From positions 8,452 to 72,451 of the forward strand of contig JANQQN010000055.1 of NCBI GenBank assembly GCA_028289325.1: DNA of 64,000 nt, given 5' to 3'. Positions within the stretch are counted from its first letter, which is position 1. Each line of letters begins with the position of its first letter. Both the position numbers and the translations under genes were made by a program. Under the pieces are notes generated by a model. That model did not search any database and was not told the origin of the DNA. It saw only the letters and a list, made by a program, of their open reading frames with translations. Positions 29,137-39,282 of this stretch are shown here, in pieces. This stretch comes from Myxococcota bacterium. GTDB taxonomy: Bacteria > Myxococcota > Kuafuiibacteriia > Kuafuiibacteriales > Kuafuiibacteriaceae.

Positions 29137-29873
29137 TTTCCACCCAGCAAGGTCTTGCCGTCGACGCCCAGTCCGATGACGAGAAAGAGGCTGTCGTCGG
29201 CAAAACGCTCGAAGTTCGGCTCGTTGCTAGCAAACTTCCAGCCAAATCCGAGCGAGAAATGCTCAACGAAGCTCACCGAAAAAAGCGCGGACAACGTCTG
29301 CGCCGCGTCGGCATCCTCCGATTCGTCATCACTTTGCGATACCGCCACGTTTGGCTCGAAATACAGGCCCAGCCCCAGCCCCAAAACCTCGATGGTTCTG
29401 TTGTCTCCGGTCAACGCCTGACGACGAAACTTGATACCCGTCCCTACCCCCGAAAATGCGCTGAACTGGTCTGTCTGCCCGTCTTCGGTCGCAAACTGAA
29501 CGCGAACGAGCCCGGTGTACACCGGAACGGTGATCGACCAGTGCTCGCTGATCGGAATGTCCGGCGCCGTCTCCTCCAGGCGCTCCTTCGCCCGCTCGAC
29601 CTCATCGAGCCTTCCCACCGACGTCGAAGTGAGCGTGCCGTTGCTCATGGAGATCGTCTCCTTGATCAGACGAATGGCCTCGTCACACTTGCGAATCGCA
29701 TTCCGAAGCTCGAGCGGGTTCGCTCGGTCGTTGAGACAGTCCACAATGGGTCTCTGCAGTACAGCCTCCGTCGCCTCCGCGCGGACGTCAGCCGGGGTAG
29801 GCTCTGATCCATCCGCCTGTGACGCGGCGAAAACCCACAGGATAGCGAGACCAAGGGCCGGGACGATACGCAT
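29133..29873 (-). CDS. Secreted hypothetical protein, helical N-domain plus amphipathic beta-strand C-domain
   Basis: Signal peptide ending ASQA; ATGA overlap with patatin gene; alternating hydrophobic strands. Confidence 0.7.
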   Translation of the reverse strand: MRIVPALGLAILWVFAASQADGSEPTPADVRAEATEAVLQRPIVDCLNDRANPLELRNAIRKCDEAIRLIKETISMSNGTLTSTSVGRLDEVERAKERLEETAPDIPISEHWSITVPVYTGLVRVQFATEDGQTDQFSAFSGVGTGIKFRRQALTGDNRTIEVLGLGLGLYFEPNVAVSQSDDESEDADAAQTLSALFSVSFVEHFSLGFGWKFASNEPNFERFADDSLFLVIGLGVDGKTLLGGK

Positions 29874-30233
29874 GAAGCGCAGGTCCCACAGATTCCCAAG
29901 CCTGTAAAGGTGACCTGCGGCCGGTGGTCAGCCGCTCCAGGCGGGCCGGACGACATGACTTCGGACGAAGGAAGTCGATACGCCCCGAACCTCATTTCAA
30001 ACGCGGAGTCATGATGTTACTCCGGCATCACGCAGACAAGTTCGCGCCCAAACCCGCGGCCTGAAGGGTCCAGGTGCTGGTGACAGCCGTGCGACCGTGG
30101 CGATGAATGGAGAGCGGGTAGAGCCATCCGGGCCGAATCCCGACCGTCATCACTCCGCGGGGCCGCGGCGATCGATACTATTCCGATGCGAGGACGACTT
30201 CGCTACCAGTGGGCAGACTTCGGACAGCTGACG

Positions 30234-31775
30234 TCATCGGCACCTTCCCTTTGATGCGCCGAAGCCACGTCCCACGCGACACTTGCGTCCGAGGCGACGA
30301 GGTACACCTCGCGGACATCGCCCCAAGTCCCGAACGCCCACCACGAAGTCCTGCACGTCCACCACCCCATCCCCGTTCAGGTCGGCGGGACCACCGTTTT
30401 GACCAAAGGCCTTGCGGATCCTGAGGATGTCGAAGGGACCGACGAATCGATTGCCGTTGAGGTCGGCCGGGCACGGCAACCTTGTCCCCTCGATAAGATA
30501 TGCGCGGCCAACGTCCACACCTGCAAAACTCCGACCTACCGCGGTGACCAGAAAGTCAGGTATGCGGTCGCCATTCACGTCGCCGACGGAAAGCGCGTCG
30601 ACGCCGAAAAAATCTCCGCCAACATCGGCAGTGATTCGACGGAGCAACGCGCCGCTGCGGCCCGAGAATATGTAGGCGGCGCCGGCCTGTGGGGCACCGC
30701 TACTATTCAGGTAGGCGGCGACGATCACGTCGTTGTATCGGTCGCCATTGACGTCAGCGATACCACGGCCAGGTCCCAGGCCATCCCCGGGGGAGAATCC
30801 GGTGAAGACATGGACCAGGTCACCGGTTCGCCCAGAGAAGATGTAAGCGCGTCCGGTCCCCGCCCGCGCATCAACCCCCTCGGCATAGTCGCCAACGAAG
30901 ACGTCGGGAACCCGGTCGCCGTCGACGTCGCCGGCTCCGGAGGCGAAGAACTCGCCGAAGACCGAGGCTTCCGCGGGATCGATGGGTTCGAGTCGATGGA
31001 TTGTCGATCCATCATGACCGTTGACCACGTAGGCTTCCCCGCCCCCCGATGGTCCCGCACCCGCGGCGCCGATGGACAGGTCGACGATCCCATCGTCGTT
31101 GACGTCGCCCACGAGCCCCAGGGCAGAGCCGAAACGATGTCCTTCCCCCGCCCCGTCTTGCGTCCACAGGACAGATCCATCGAGCCCCGAAAATGCAAAG
31201 ACGCGCCCCGCACCGGAAAACGCGGATGAATTGGTCTGCGAGCCCACGATGATGTCGTCGTGGCCGTCGTGGTTGACGTCTCCCGCGCCGCTGACCGAGC
31301 TACCGAAACCGGTCGTCGCCGAAACGTCGAAGATCACGGAATGGTCCTTGCCCGAGTACACGCGAACGGCGCCGCCCCCGATCACGTAGTCCGCAACGCC
31401 GTCACCGTTCACGTCCCCGGCGTACGCAACGCTGTAGCCGAGTGCCTGCCCCGGACTGCCGATAATGTCGTTGATTACCGCGCCCGTGGCGCCCGAGTAC
31501 AGCGTCGCTCGACCCGAGAAGCCGCTGTAAGCGATGGCGGGGATCAGGACCTCGTGAACATGGTCTCCATCGAGGTCCGGGATGCTCGCGCCGACCCATC
31601 CGAAGTAGTCACCGACCTGTTCCCCTTCGAGCTGCCGCAGCACCCGAACGTCTTCTTCGACGAACTGAGCCGCCGCGGGCCCCGGCCCCATCGCCAACGT
31701 GGCAAGGAAGGTCGCCCCCGCGATAGCGCGGCGCGTCTTTTGAAGCATCCTCGGGCGTGTCTCATTCTCTCGCAT
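30234..31775 (-). CDS. Secreted FG-GAP/integrin-alpha beta-propeller protein with dockerin-like C-terminal domain
   Basis: Repeated FG..V..AGDVNGDG..D units; CPADLNGN and ADLNGDGVVD; signal peptide; GGAG RBS. Confidence 0.9.
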   Translation of the reverse strand: MRENETRPRMLQKTRRAIAGATFLATLAMGPGPAAAQFVEEDVRVLRQLEGEQVGDYFGWVGASIPDLDGDHVHEVLIPAIAYSGFSGRATLYSGATGAVINDIIGSPGQALGYSVAYAGDVNGDGVADYVIGGGAVRVYSGKDHSVIFDVSATTGFGSSVSGAGDVNHDGHDDIIVGSQTNSSAFSGAGRVFAFSGLDGSVLWTQDGAGEGHRFGSALGLVGDVNDDGIVDLSIGAAGAGPSGGGEAYVVNGHDGSTIHRLEPIDPAEASVFGEFFASGAGDVDGDRVPDVFVGDYAEGVDARAGTGRAYIFSGRTGDLVHVFTGFSPGDGLGPGRGIADVNGDRYNDVIVAAYLNSSGAPQAGAAYIFSGRSGALLRRITADVGGDFFGVDALSVGDVNGDRIPDFLVTAVGRSFAGVDVGRAYLIEGTRLPCPADLNGNRFVGPFDILRIRKAFGQNGGPADLNGDGVVDVQDFVVGVRDLGRCPRGVPRRLGRKCRVGRGFGASKGRCR

Positions 31776-31925
31776 CCATCTCCTCCTCGGAGGCCTTTTG
31801 GCCGCCTCCTACGCATCGGGACCGAGGGATGCCACAGCGCCCAAAACCGGCGCTGTCAAATTCCTGCTCGTTGCGCCGAGACTACCGCGCCCTCGGGCAT
31901 GGACACGGAGGCGGCGAAGGCCGCC

Positions 31926-32918
31926 TTACGCCGAACTTCGGGCCAACGTGACGAGGCGCTCTTCGAGCGCGCGGATGCGTCTCGTCGTCAGGTCTTCGCG
32001 AATCCTCGACGGCGGTACACCAAACGTCCGTCGGAAGTTGTGAGCGAAATGGCTGTGGCTCGCAAAGCCGAGGTCCAGTGCGATCTCCGTGAGGTCACAG
32101 TCTCGCTCAGTAAGCCGGTGGAGCGACGCGCGAAGCCGGAGCTGGTTCAGGTACTGATGTATGGACGCGCCGATATGGCTGCGGAATATGCGGCTGAGAT
32201 GAAACGGCGAGGTGTGGATCCGCTCGGCGAGCGCCGATACCGTCAGCCGTTCCTGATAGGACGAACCGAGCTCCGCTCGGGCCGCTTCGGCCAGCTCCGC
32301 GTGGACTCGCACTGCGCGCGAGACTCGACGAGTCGGACGGCGGCCGTCACGGACGCGAAAAGCGCTGGCCAGCGTCTCCCGAAGAAGCGTGAGCACCAGG
32401 TCTTCCACCCGCATGGGGTCCGGCGCCTCCGTCGAACTGAGGTACGCCGTGAGCGTCCGCTGAGCCAGATACACGTGGGTGGCGCACGGACCCGAAACGA
32501 ACGGAAAAGGGGTGCTTGGGCGATCGTGAACCGTCGGATCGTATTCCGAGACCGCTTCGATAGCCGTTGCCTCGGTGATCACGAAGAAGTCGCAGTGGTC
32601 CCCGTCTCGGCTGATCGCGTCGCGGCGGTACTGTTGCCCACGGTTGTAGAACATGACGGTGCCGCTGTCGGCCACGACCGGCGCCGCCGCAGCGTGGGTG
32701 ATGCGAACGCTGGTGCGCGGGAAAACGAACAGGTGCGCGGCGATGGGGCCGGTGTCCGAGAAATCCGGGTTGTCAGGCCGCACCCGAAACCGGGCCGCCC
32801 GAACCAAGTCCGTGCCGAATAGATGCTGCTCGAGACGTACCCCTCGGCCGGCTCGGCGAATGTTCCAGCCAAGAGGGTCAGCGTCGGCGCGACGTTCGGG
32901 ACGGTCGGAGGGCGGCAA
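31926..32918 (-). CDS. AraC-family transcriptional regulator
   Basis: SPFHLSRIFR...LTEIALDLGFASHSHFAHNFRRTFGVPPS; start uncertain (TTG 32918 chosen; ORF open to 33206 but overlaps the next gene). Confidence 0.9.
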   Translation of the reverse strand: MPPSDRPERRADADPLGWNIRRAGRGVRLEQHLFGTDLVRAARFRVRPDNPDFSDTGPIAAHLFVFPRTSVRITHAAAAPVVADSGTVMFYNRGQQYRRDAISRDGDHCDFFVITEATAIEAVSEYDPTVHDRPSTPFPFVSGPCATHVYLAQRTLTAYLSSTEAPDPMRVEDLVLTLLRETLASAFRVRDGRRPTRRVSRAVRVHAELAEAARAELGSSYQERLTVSALAERIHTSPFHLSRIFRSHIGASIHQYLNQLRLRASLHRLTERDCDLTEIALDLGFASHSHFAHNFRRTFGVPPSRIREDLTTRRIRALEERLVTLARSSA

Positions 32919-33087
32919 CCCATGAATAGTGAAACCGATGCACGCCCGGATCAAGGGCAAGCGCTTCGAAGCGTCGGCCCGCCCAAGGACGGCCTGTCGG
33001 CCATCGCGGCCGCTGGTCGTGCAAAAAGCCGTCGACCGGGTCCAGCTACGGAAGCTTCTCGCCGCCGCGACCAAACACTGCACCAAG

Positions 33088-33774
33088 TCACGACCCCACG
33101 ATCGGTAAGTGGGCCCCGCAAACCTCTCGCACGTCCCGCGTCCGGCCATAGAGCCAAACGCTTTCGCCTTCTCGAAGCACCCGACCGGGCCCCGGAGCGC
33201 CCTCATACCGGCCGCGAGGCGACTGGATGCCCAACACTACGATGCCTTCCCTCGCCAGGTGGGCGCACTCGAGCGCCCGGTTTGCGAGGCCGGATCCGAC
33301 CTGAACCTCGAGCACCCCGTATCCGTCCGAAAGGTGCAGTAGATGGCTATAGTCTCGCGCGTCGAGGTCCGTCCATCTGGTGAGGGCCCAAGTTATGACG
33401 CGCCCAAAAACTCGATCGATCGCGTCGCTGCAGGCGATAAGGGCGAGCATCAGCAAGCCCGCGCCCATCACCAGCCACCCTCGCCACGGCTGCGCATGGT
33501 CGGCGATGGTCACGACGGAGAGGGTCAAAGAGCCGAGCACCGAGACGATGCCGGCATTGCCGGTGAGCATGAGCATCATGATGATCCGGCGGCGGACCGG
33601 ATGATTCACGATCCACTCCGATTCGGCGGTGGTGAAGCCCGCGCCGGTAAGCGCCGACCGCGTCTGAAACCGCGCCGTTTCGCGGGACAGCCCCGTCAAC
33701 TGAAGGGCCACCGTCGCGATTCGGCCGATGAGCATGGTGATGGCGAGGATGACGATGAGGGAGGCAGCAGCCAT
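33088..33774 (-). CDS. Membrane protein with TrkA-C (RCK_C) domain, K+ channel-like
   Basis: LTGLSRETARFQTRSALTGAGFTTAESE family signature; C-terminal GIVVLGI..G.Y RCK_C. Confidence 0.85.
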   Translation of the reverse strand: MAAASLIVILAITMLIGRIATVALQLTGLSRETARFQTRSALTGAGFTTAESEWIVNHPVRRRIIMMLMLTGNAGIVSVLGSLTLSVVTIADHAQPWRGWLVMGAGLLMLALIACSDAIDRVFGRVITWALTRWTDLDARDYSHLLHLSDGYGVLEVQVGSGLANRALECAHLAREGIVVLGIQSPRGRYEGAPGPGRVLREGESVWLYGRTRDVREVCGAHLPIVGS

Positions 33775-33837
33775 CGCTTCCTGGATGCCGCGCGATCGGT
33801 CCGGGTTACGGAACGAGACACACAGCCGCCGACGATC

Positions 33838-35106
33838 TCAGCCGGCCGTCGACCGGCGCGTGGGATGCTGCGTCACCAGGGTCATTTCTGCCGACCGCCG
33901 GTCGCTTCGCTGCATCAGGCGGCCGTACATGGCCGCGCCCGGAACCGCGGTCCATCCGTGCAGGAAGACGCTGAAGAAGGCGGTCACCACGACGGCGTCG
34001 AACAGTCGCTCACCGTGAGGAACAGACGCTTCGGAGAGGATGAGAATACCGTACAGAATCGATGCCAGGCCTCGGGGTCCGAACCACCCCACAAAAACAT
34101 AGCTAGGCCACCGTAGGCCGCTGCCGAGGAGTGAAAGCGCGACCGGTATCATCCGAACGATCGTCAGGCTGACCAACGCGTAGACCAGGACGGCCGGGCT
34201 CGCCGCGCTCAGCGACGGCGTCGCGAACATGGCGCCGAAACCCAGAAACACAGCCAGCATCAGCAGCTGTCCCTCTGTCTCGAGAAACGTGAGCATCCAC
34301 TCGCACTGATGTCGATGCATGTTGCCCAAAGTCATGCCGCCCACGAACGCGGCAATAAACCCATTGCCGCCGACAAGCTCCGCACCCCCGAAGCACATCA
34401 ACGCCAGTACCAACCCGCTGAGCCGCTTGAAGCTTACGGCCATGAGCCCAGCGTCGCTGGCCCGCCGGACCAACCATCCCCCAATCCAAACGACGATGAA
34501 TCCCACGAGGGGGCCGAGGGTCAGTTGAAACACGCCGAACTGGATCCAGTCCTGTAGGGTGCGCATCTCGCCCTGGCCCGTGCTCGCCAATGATACGAAG
34601 ATCAGAACAAACGGGAGAGCAATCCCATCGTTGAGACCGCTCTCCACGTTTAGGGCCTGCCTGATGCGAAGCGGCACCTGTGGACTCGATACGACAGCCT
34701 GCCCGAGAGCGGCGTCGGTGGGCGCCAATACCGCCCCCAGGGCTGCGGCCTCCCACCAGCCCAGCTCGGGCAAAAACACCTTCGCCAGGACCGCGCCCAG
34801 AGCGATGGATAACGGAAGTCCTATCCCGAGCAGACGCGCGGGAAGCCCCAGCTCCTTGCGGAGCGCGGCCAGATCGATGCGGGTCGCGTCCCCGAACAGG
34901 ACCAACACCAAGGTCAGCTCGGCCAGAATATCGAGCGCACCCTCCTCGAAGTCAAAATGCAGAGCGCCCAACACCGTCGGGCCCACCAGCAGTCCCAGGA
35001 GAACAAAGACCATCGGCGGCGTGAGCACCGTCGCCTCCAGCCGCTTGGAAAGAAGACCGAAGCCCAACACCAATCCAGCGAGAAGCAATACGTCGGCGGG
35101 ATTCAT
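33838..35106 (-). CDS. CPA1/NhaP-type cation:proton antiporter
   Basis: LAPTDAALG, NVESGLNDG, RMIPV, GWFGPRGLAS motifs. Confidence 0.93.
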   Translation of the reverse strand: MNPADVLLLAGLVLGFGLLSKRLEATVLTPPMVFVLLGLLVGPTVLGALHFDFEEGALDILAELTLVLVLFGDATRIDLAALRKELGLPARLLGIGLPLSIALGAVLAKVFLPELGWWEAAALGAVLAPTDAALGQAVVSSPQVPLRIRQALNVESGLNDGIALPFVLIFVSLASTGQGEMRTLQDWIQFGVFQLTLGPLVGFIVVWIGGWLVRRASDAGLMAVSFKRLSGLVLALMCFGGAELVGGNGFIAAFVGGMTLGNMHRHQCEWMLTFLETEGQLLMLAVFLGFGAMFATPSLSAASPAVLVYALVSLTIVRMIPVALSLLGSGLRWPSYVFVGWFGPRGLASILYGILILSEASVPHGERLFDAVVVTAFFSVFLHGWTAVPGAAMYGRLMQRSDRRSAEMTLVTQHPTRRSTAG

Positions 35107-35220
35107 CGGTGATGCATCGACCTCTAGGCCTAGATGCACGTCGAGCCGTTGGGTTACACGGAATCGAAGCCGGCGACTCCCGGTCGCGGTCGGGGCGCAA
35201 ACCGTTCATCCATCGACAGC

Positions 35221-35808
35221 CTACGGGTCGGAATCTCCACCCCGCAGGCTGTTGATGGCTCGAGTCACGATGACCCCCCGCATACGATCCATGAGAGGCG
35301 CGCTCAGGCCGACGCGCTCCATGCCACCTACGATTCCGCTGGTGTACCCTTCCGCAATGATCGCGCCGACCGTATCCATGATCCGCGAGAACGAGGTGGA
35401 CACACGAAGCGCCAGGTCGGGCTCAAAAGTCTCTCGACACTTAGCCGCGAAAGCGTCTTTGACGGAAGTCACCATACCCAACATGTAGAAGTTGGGAACT
35501 CCGGCCCGAATATGGATCAAACCGACGATCCACGCGTCTAGCCAGAACGAGTCGCCGGGCTCACCGGACACCAGCTTCTCGTACCAGTCGAGCAATGACT
35601 TCTCCCTCGTTTCGCGCTCGTGCGCCTGGAGGATCTCCGCCGTCGGCTCATACGTATAGAGCTGGTCGTAGAATCGCTTGGCGATCGCGGGCCCCCAATC
35701 CTTGGTTGTTGCGACCACCTCTTTGAGGACCTGCCAGTCCTGTTCCGTGAGCTCGTTGAGCTTGGTGACTCCTTCGAATGTTTCAGAGAAATCCGCTTTC
35801 ATGGACAT
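35221..35808 (-). CDS. Stand-alone protoglobin/sensor-globin domain protein
   Basis: IAKRFYDQL (B10 Tyr), PTAEIL, VGLIHIRAGV (proximal His) match the sensor-globin pattern; GAGG RBS. Confidence 0.85.
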   Translation of the reverse strand: MSMKADFSETFEGVTKLNELTEQDWQVLKEVVATTKDWGPAIAKRFYDQLYTYEPTAEILQAHERETREKSLLDWYEKLVSGEPGDSFWLDAWIVGLIHIRAGVPNFYMLGMVTSVKDAFAAKCRETFEPDLALRVSTSFSRIMDTVGAIIAEGYTSGIVGGMERVGLSAPLMDRMRGVIVTRAINSLRGGDSDP

Positions 35809-35824
35809 GACTTTACCCTCGAGG

Positions 35825-36901
35825 TCACCGCTCTCCCACGCTGCTGACGCCCTCTCCAACCGCGGTCAATGCGTTCGCCGCATCGAACACAACCCGCCGG
35901 AGCAGCGGAGTCGGGAGCCCAGGCCCCTCGGTCAGCGTCGCGAGTGCGATGTGGACCTCATCTTCGTTGATGGTGCATGCGCTGACCGTGAGGCCTCCGT
36001 CGCCTTCGAGGGTCACCCGCTTTATCGATCCCAGAGGGAGGAGGTAACCGACCCGCTCTTGCAGCTCGATCAGTAGACCACAAAGCGCAGCCAGAGGCTC
36101 CTGCTGCTCCCCCGATCCTCCGATGGGAAAGCCCAACTCGTCGGCGACGACACTCGATCGATGGCCAGTGGCCCCCGCAAGAGGGCGCATGATGGCCTCG
36201 AGGGTGCGGTGCGAGTCGCGACCGGGACGCTCGAGGCTCGGCGGCACCAGGCCCCAGCCTCGAATCTTCTTCAGCTCCCGTATCGCCTGCACCAGCCGAC
36301 GTTCGAGCTGCTCATTGAGACCTCGGAGCGCTTCCGCGCGCTTCGCTCGCTCCTTGAGCGCCCCGAGCTCCTGAAGACTACGTTTGGTGAGATCGAGATC
36401 GAGAAGGAGTGCATCTCGCTCGGACGCCGCCTTCCGGAGCTTCGGAACTTCAGCCAGGGCACGTTTGGCCGCGCCGAGCGTGTTCCGAAGGTGGGCGACC
36501 TCCTGCTCCAAGGCCGCGGCACGCTCAACCCCCGAGCGTAACCGCTCCAATTCGCGCTCATTCCGCTCTTCATCGCGCTCTTTGGATGCCAGCTGAACCT
36601 TGATCTGTTCCGCCTGCTGGCGAGCTGCTGCCTCCTGATCCCTCACGCTCTGTTCAAGGCTCGCCATTCGGCTCAAGGCCGCGTCACGATCTTTGGCCAC
36701 CGCGTCCCGCTCTCGAATCAGTTGATTTCGCTCGTTCTGCAGCCGCTCGCGGGCCTCGATGACCGTACGGTGATCTCGAAGATCCGCTTCGTGCTGGGCG
36801 GTGACGATGGACAGTCTCCGCGAACCCCAAAGGTAGCCGGCGATCAGCAAGCTCGCCGCGCCCAGAGCCGAAAGGCACCATATCCAGTGAAGAACCGTCA
36901 T
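35825..36901 (-). CDS. N-terminally membrane-anchored coiled-coil protein with C-terminal roadblock/LC7-like domain
   Basis: TM helix, ~180-aa E/R/L/A heptad region, then SSVVADELGFPIG...EPLAAL roadblock-like pattern. Confidence 0.7.
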   Translation of the reverse strand: MTVLHWIWCLSALGAASLLIAGYLWGSRRLSIVTAQHEADLRDHRTVIEARERLQNERNQLIRERDAVAKDRDAALSRMASLEQSVRDQEAAARQQAEQIKVQLASKERDEERNERELERLRSGVERAAALEQEVAHLRNTLGAAKRALAEVPKLRKAASERDALLLDLDLTKRSLQELGALKERAKRAEALRGLNEQLERRLVQAIRELKKIRGWGLVPPSLERPGRDSHRTLEAIMRPLAGATGHRSSVVADELGFPIGGSGEQQEPLAALCGLLIELQERVGYLLPLGSIKRVTLEGDGGLTVSACTINEDEVHIALATLTEGPGLPTPLLRRVVFDAANALTAVGEGVSSVGER

Positions 36902-37452
36902 CGTGGCTCCAGCCGGATCTCTACGCGTCTATTCAGTCGGTTGGCCGCTCGGCCGCTCCCCGACCGCTTAGGCTGCTGTTCGCCGAACGCTCGCACCCGG
37001 ATGCTCGACGCCGGAAGTCCGCGGTCGACCAACCAACGTTTCACGGCCTCGGTTCGTTTGCGACTCAAGACCTGATTGAACCGGGCCGACCCCACGGCGT
37101 CCGTGTGGCCTGAAAGTTCGACGTCTCCGGGAGAACGTTCAAAACCGTCCACCACCGATTCGAGCTCGCGAGTCGCCGCCGAGCGCAGGTCGGTGCTGCC
37201 ATTGCCAAAGTACACGACCCAGGTCTCGGGCTGCGGGGGCGGAGGCGGCTTCGGCTTCGCAACGTCTTCGACCTTGGGCTCGCGAAGTCGGACCGCTAGC
37301 GGAGGCATGCTCGGCTCCACCTTTCGCGGCGCATCAGCTTTCGCGCCAAGGCCGTAGTGGCTTGGAATCAACACGAGGTCCACGTACGCGAGGTTTCCCA
37401 GTCCGACGGCACAAGCCACGACAGCACCCACCGACCGCCACCCGGCGATCAC
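36898..37452 (-). CDS. OmpA/MotB-type peptidoglycan-binding protein with N-terminal membrane anchor
   Basis: VYFGNGS, GHTDAVGS, NQVLSRKRTEAV, FGEQQP, NRRVEI. Confidence 0.92.
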   Translation of the reverse strand: MIAGWRSVGAVVACAVGLGNLAYVDLVLIPSHYGLGAKADAPRKVEPSMPPLAVRLREPKVEDVAKPKPPPPPQPETWVVYFGNGSTDLRSAATRELESVVDGFERSPGDVELSGHTDAVGSARFNQVLSRKRTEAVKRWLVDRGLPASSIRVRAFGEQQPKRSGSGRAANRLNRRVEIRLEPR

Positions 37453-37868
37453 AGAAGCGCCCGAGCGAACTCGCCCAAGGCTCGTTTTAACTCCAAGAAG
37501 ATGAGACCCAGTTTTGCCTCGCGGGTAACGAGAAGAAGGACGGCGGTATCATCATTGATGGCATTCACGATGACGTAGCCATTGGGCGACCGCACGTACA
37601 CTTGTTCCATCACCTGATCCATCAGATCCTTTGAAATGCGCTCAGAGACGCCTAGCAGCGACGCCGCCATCCCGCCGATCACCTCCTCGTCGACCTCGGC
37701 GGGAAGCATGCTGGACACGATGAACCCGTCCATCGTCACGAGCGCGGCCCCAATGATGTCGGTGGACACCATCCGCAAGGATCGCAATGCAGATTTCACC
37801 ATTTCGGTCCGAGAGGTCGGCACGGCCTCCGGACGCCGCGTGGGGCGTTCTGGTCCAGTGTTAGCCAT
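37449..37868 (-). CDS. Roadblock/LC7 (MglB-like) protein
   Basis: IIGAALVTMDGFIVSS...IGGMAASLL...QVYVRSPNGYVIV...AKLGLIFLE. Confidence 0.92.
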   Translation of the reverse strand: MANTGPERPTRRPEAVPTSRTEMVKSALRSLRMVSTDIIGAALVTMDGFIVSSMLPAEVDEEVIGGMAASLLGVSERISKDLMDQVMEQVYVRSPNGYVIVNAINDDTAVLLLVTREAKLGLIFLELKRALGEFARALL

Positions 37869-37872
37869 CGAT

Positions 37873-39282
37873 TCACTCCATTTTCTGCCGTAGTCGGCGC
37901 ACATTCGTCAGCAACGTTTGGTTGCCGGGATCCAGTTTGGACGCCACTTCCCATTCCGCCAGCGCCGCCTCGAGTCGACCGTCCCGACGAAGCTCGAGTC
38001 CGCGCTCGAAGTGGAGCAAGGCATCCTGCGTAGGTTCGTCGGATTCCTCGGGAGACTCCGAGGCCTGCTCGGCGTTACCCGTCGACACATCGCTGGTGCG
38101 TCTATACAACGCAAACACATTGGCCGCATTGTCGGACGGCGCGGGTCGCGGCGATGAAGAGAACAACGCCCCTGGGCTAACGCTGGAAGTCGGCGCTTGC
38201 GGGATATGGGTCTTCGAGAACGCCGCCGCCACCCCCGCTTGCTCCGAAGCATCCCGTCGCATGACAGGCTCGGACCGGATGCTGAGGGAGGCCTCCGGAT
38301 CGTCCTCGTGGGCCGCCGCTGCGCCCGCGGGAACGGGCGCGTCGGCACCTGATTCGATGAACAACATTCGCATGAGCCCGGCCAGCATATCGCGCGGCGC
38401 GGGCTCATCGATGAGAGCCCTCAAACTCCGCCCCAGCGCCGCGACGTCACCACCGCATCGTGACGAAGGTTCGCGCGACAACGCCGCTACGATCTGCCGG
38501 TCCACTTCTGGCGGAAGGTCGTGTCGAATCTGAATGGGAGGAACCAACGGGGCATTGGTGATCTGGAACATCAGCTCCGCTTCGCTTCGGCCCGTGAAAG
38601 GTCGCCGACCCGTCAAGAGTTCGTAGAGCGTCGCGCCAAGGGCGTAGATATCCCAACCTGCGTCGGCCGAGGCCCCAGCCAGAGCTTCGGGAGCCACGTA
38701 CGGCAGCTTTCCTTTCAGTTCCCCGCTGACGGTCAGCGCGGACAGCTGGGTGGTCGCAACACCCATATCCAGGAGCTTGGTGGCCCCCTCGAACCCCACC
38801 ATGATGTTCTCGGGGCTGACGTCTCGATGCACCAGCCCAAGCCTACGTCCCGACGCATCGCGATGATCGTGGATATGGGCCAGGGCATCACAACACTCTG
38901 CGCCGACGGCGAGGGCGACCGGCCAAGGTACGGAGGCGCCGATACCATCGAGGCGCTGGAGCACCTGGCGCAGGGTGCGCCCCCTGACGAACTCCATCTC
39001 AATGAAGAAGCGTTCGTGCAGAACTCCGAAGTCGTAAACGTGGATCAGATTCGGATGTGATAGCCCCGCGCCGAACGCGGCTTCTCGAACAAATAGTTCG
39101 ATGAACTGCGGTTGACGGCAGACGTGAGGCAAGATCACCTTCAGCGCGACGGGGTGATGGCTGTGGTCGTCGTGGTGGCGGCCTCGCCATACGACAGCGG
39201 TCCCGCCGATCCCCAACTCTTCGTCCACGACGTAGGGGCCAAAGATCTGTCCAGGCCCCAGCTCAAGACTCGATCTGCTCAC
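37873..39282 (-). CDS. Hanks-type Ser/Thr protein kinase with C-terminal TPR
   Basis: GIGGTAVV, VALK, HRDVSPEN, DMG, GKLPYVAPE, DIYALG; HFERGL..AALAEWE..LDP TPR; GTG 39282 overlaps the upstream TGA. Confidence 0.92.
   Translation of the reverse strand: MSRSSLELGPGQIFGPYVVDEELGIGGTAVVWRGRHHDDHSHHPVALKVILPHVCRQPQFIELFVREAAFGAGLSHPNLIHVYDFGVLHERFFIEMEFVRGRTLRQVLQRLDGIGASVPWPVALAVGAECCDALAHIHDHRDASGRRLGLVHRDVSPENIMVGFEGATKLLDMGVATTQLSALTVSGELKGKLPYVAPEALAGASADAGWDIYALGATLYELLTGRRPFTGRSEAELMFQITNAPLVPPIQIRHDLPPEVDRQIVAALSREPSSRCGGDVAALGRSLRALIDEPAPRDMLAGLMRMLFIESGADAPVPAGAAAAHEDDPEASLSIRSEPVMRRDASEQAGVAAAFSKTHIPQAPTSSVSPGALFSSSPRPAPSDNAANVFALYRRTSDVSTGNAEQASESPEESDEPTQDALLHFERGLELRRDGRLEAALAEWEVASKLDPGNQTLLTNVRRLRQKME

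Noticed and set aside
30480-31620. Recurring GACGTCAACGG-like nucleotide repeats
   Set aside because: Explained by FG-GAP protein repeats; not CRISPR.
31260-32822. 520-aa plus-strand ORF
   Set aside because: Antisense to the AraC and FG-GAP genes; Arg-rich shadow typical of high-GC DNA.
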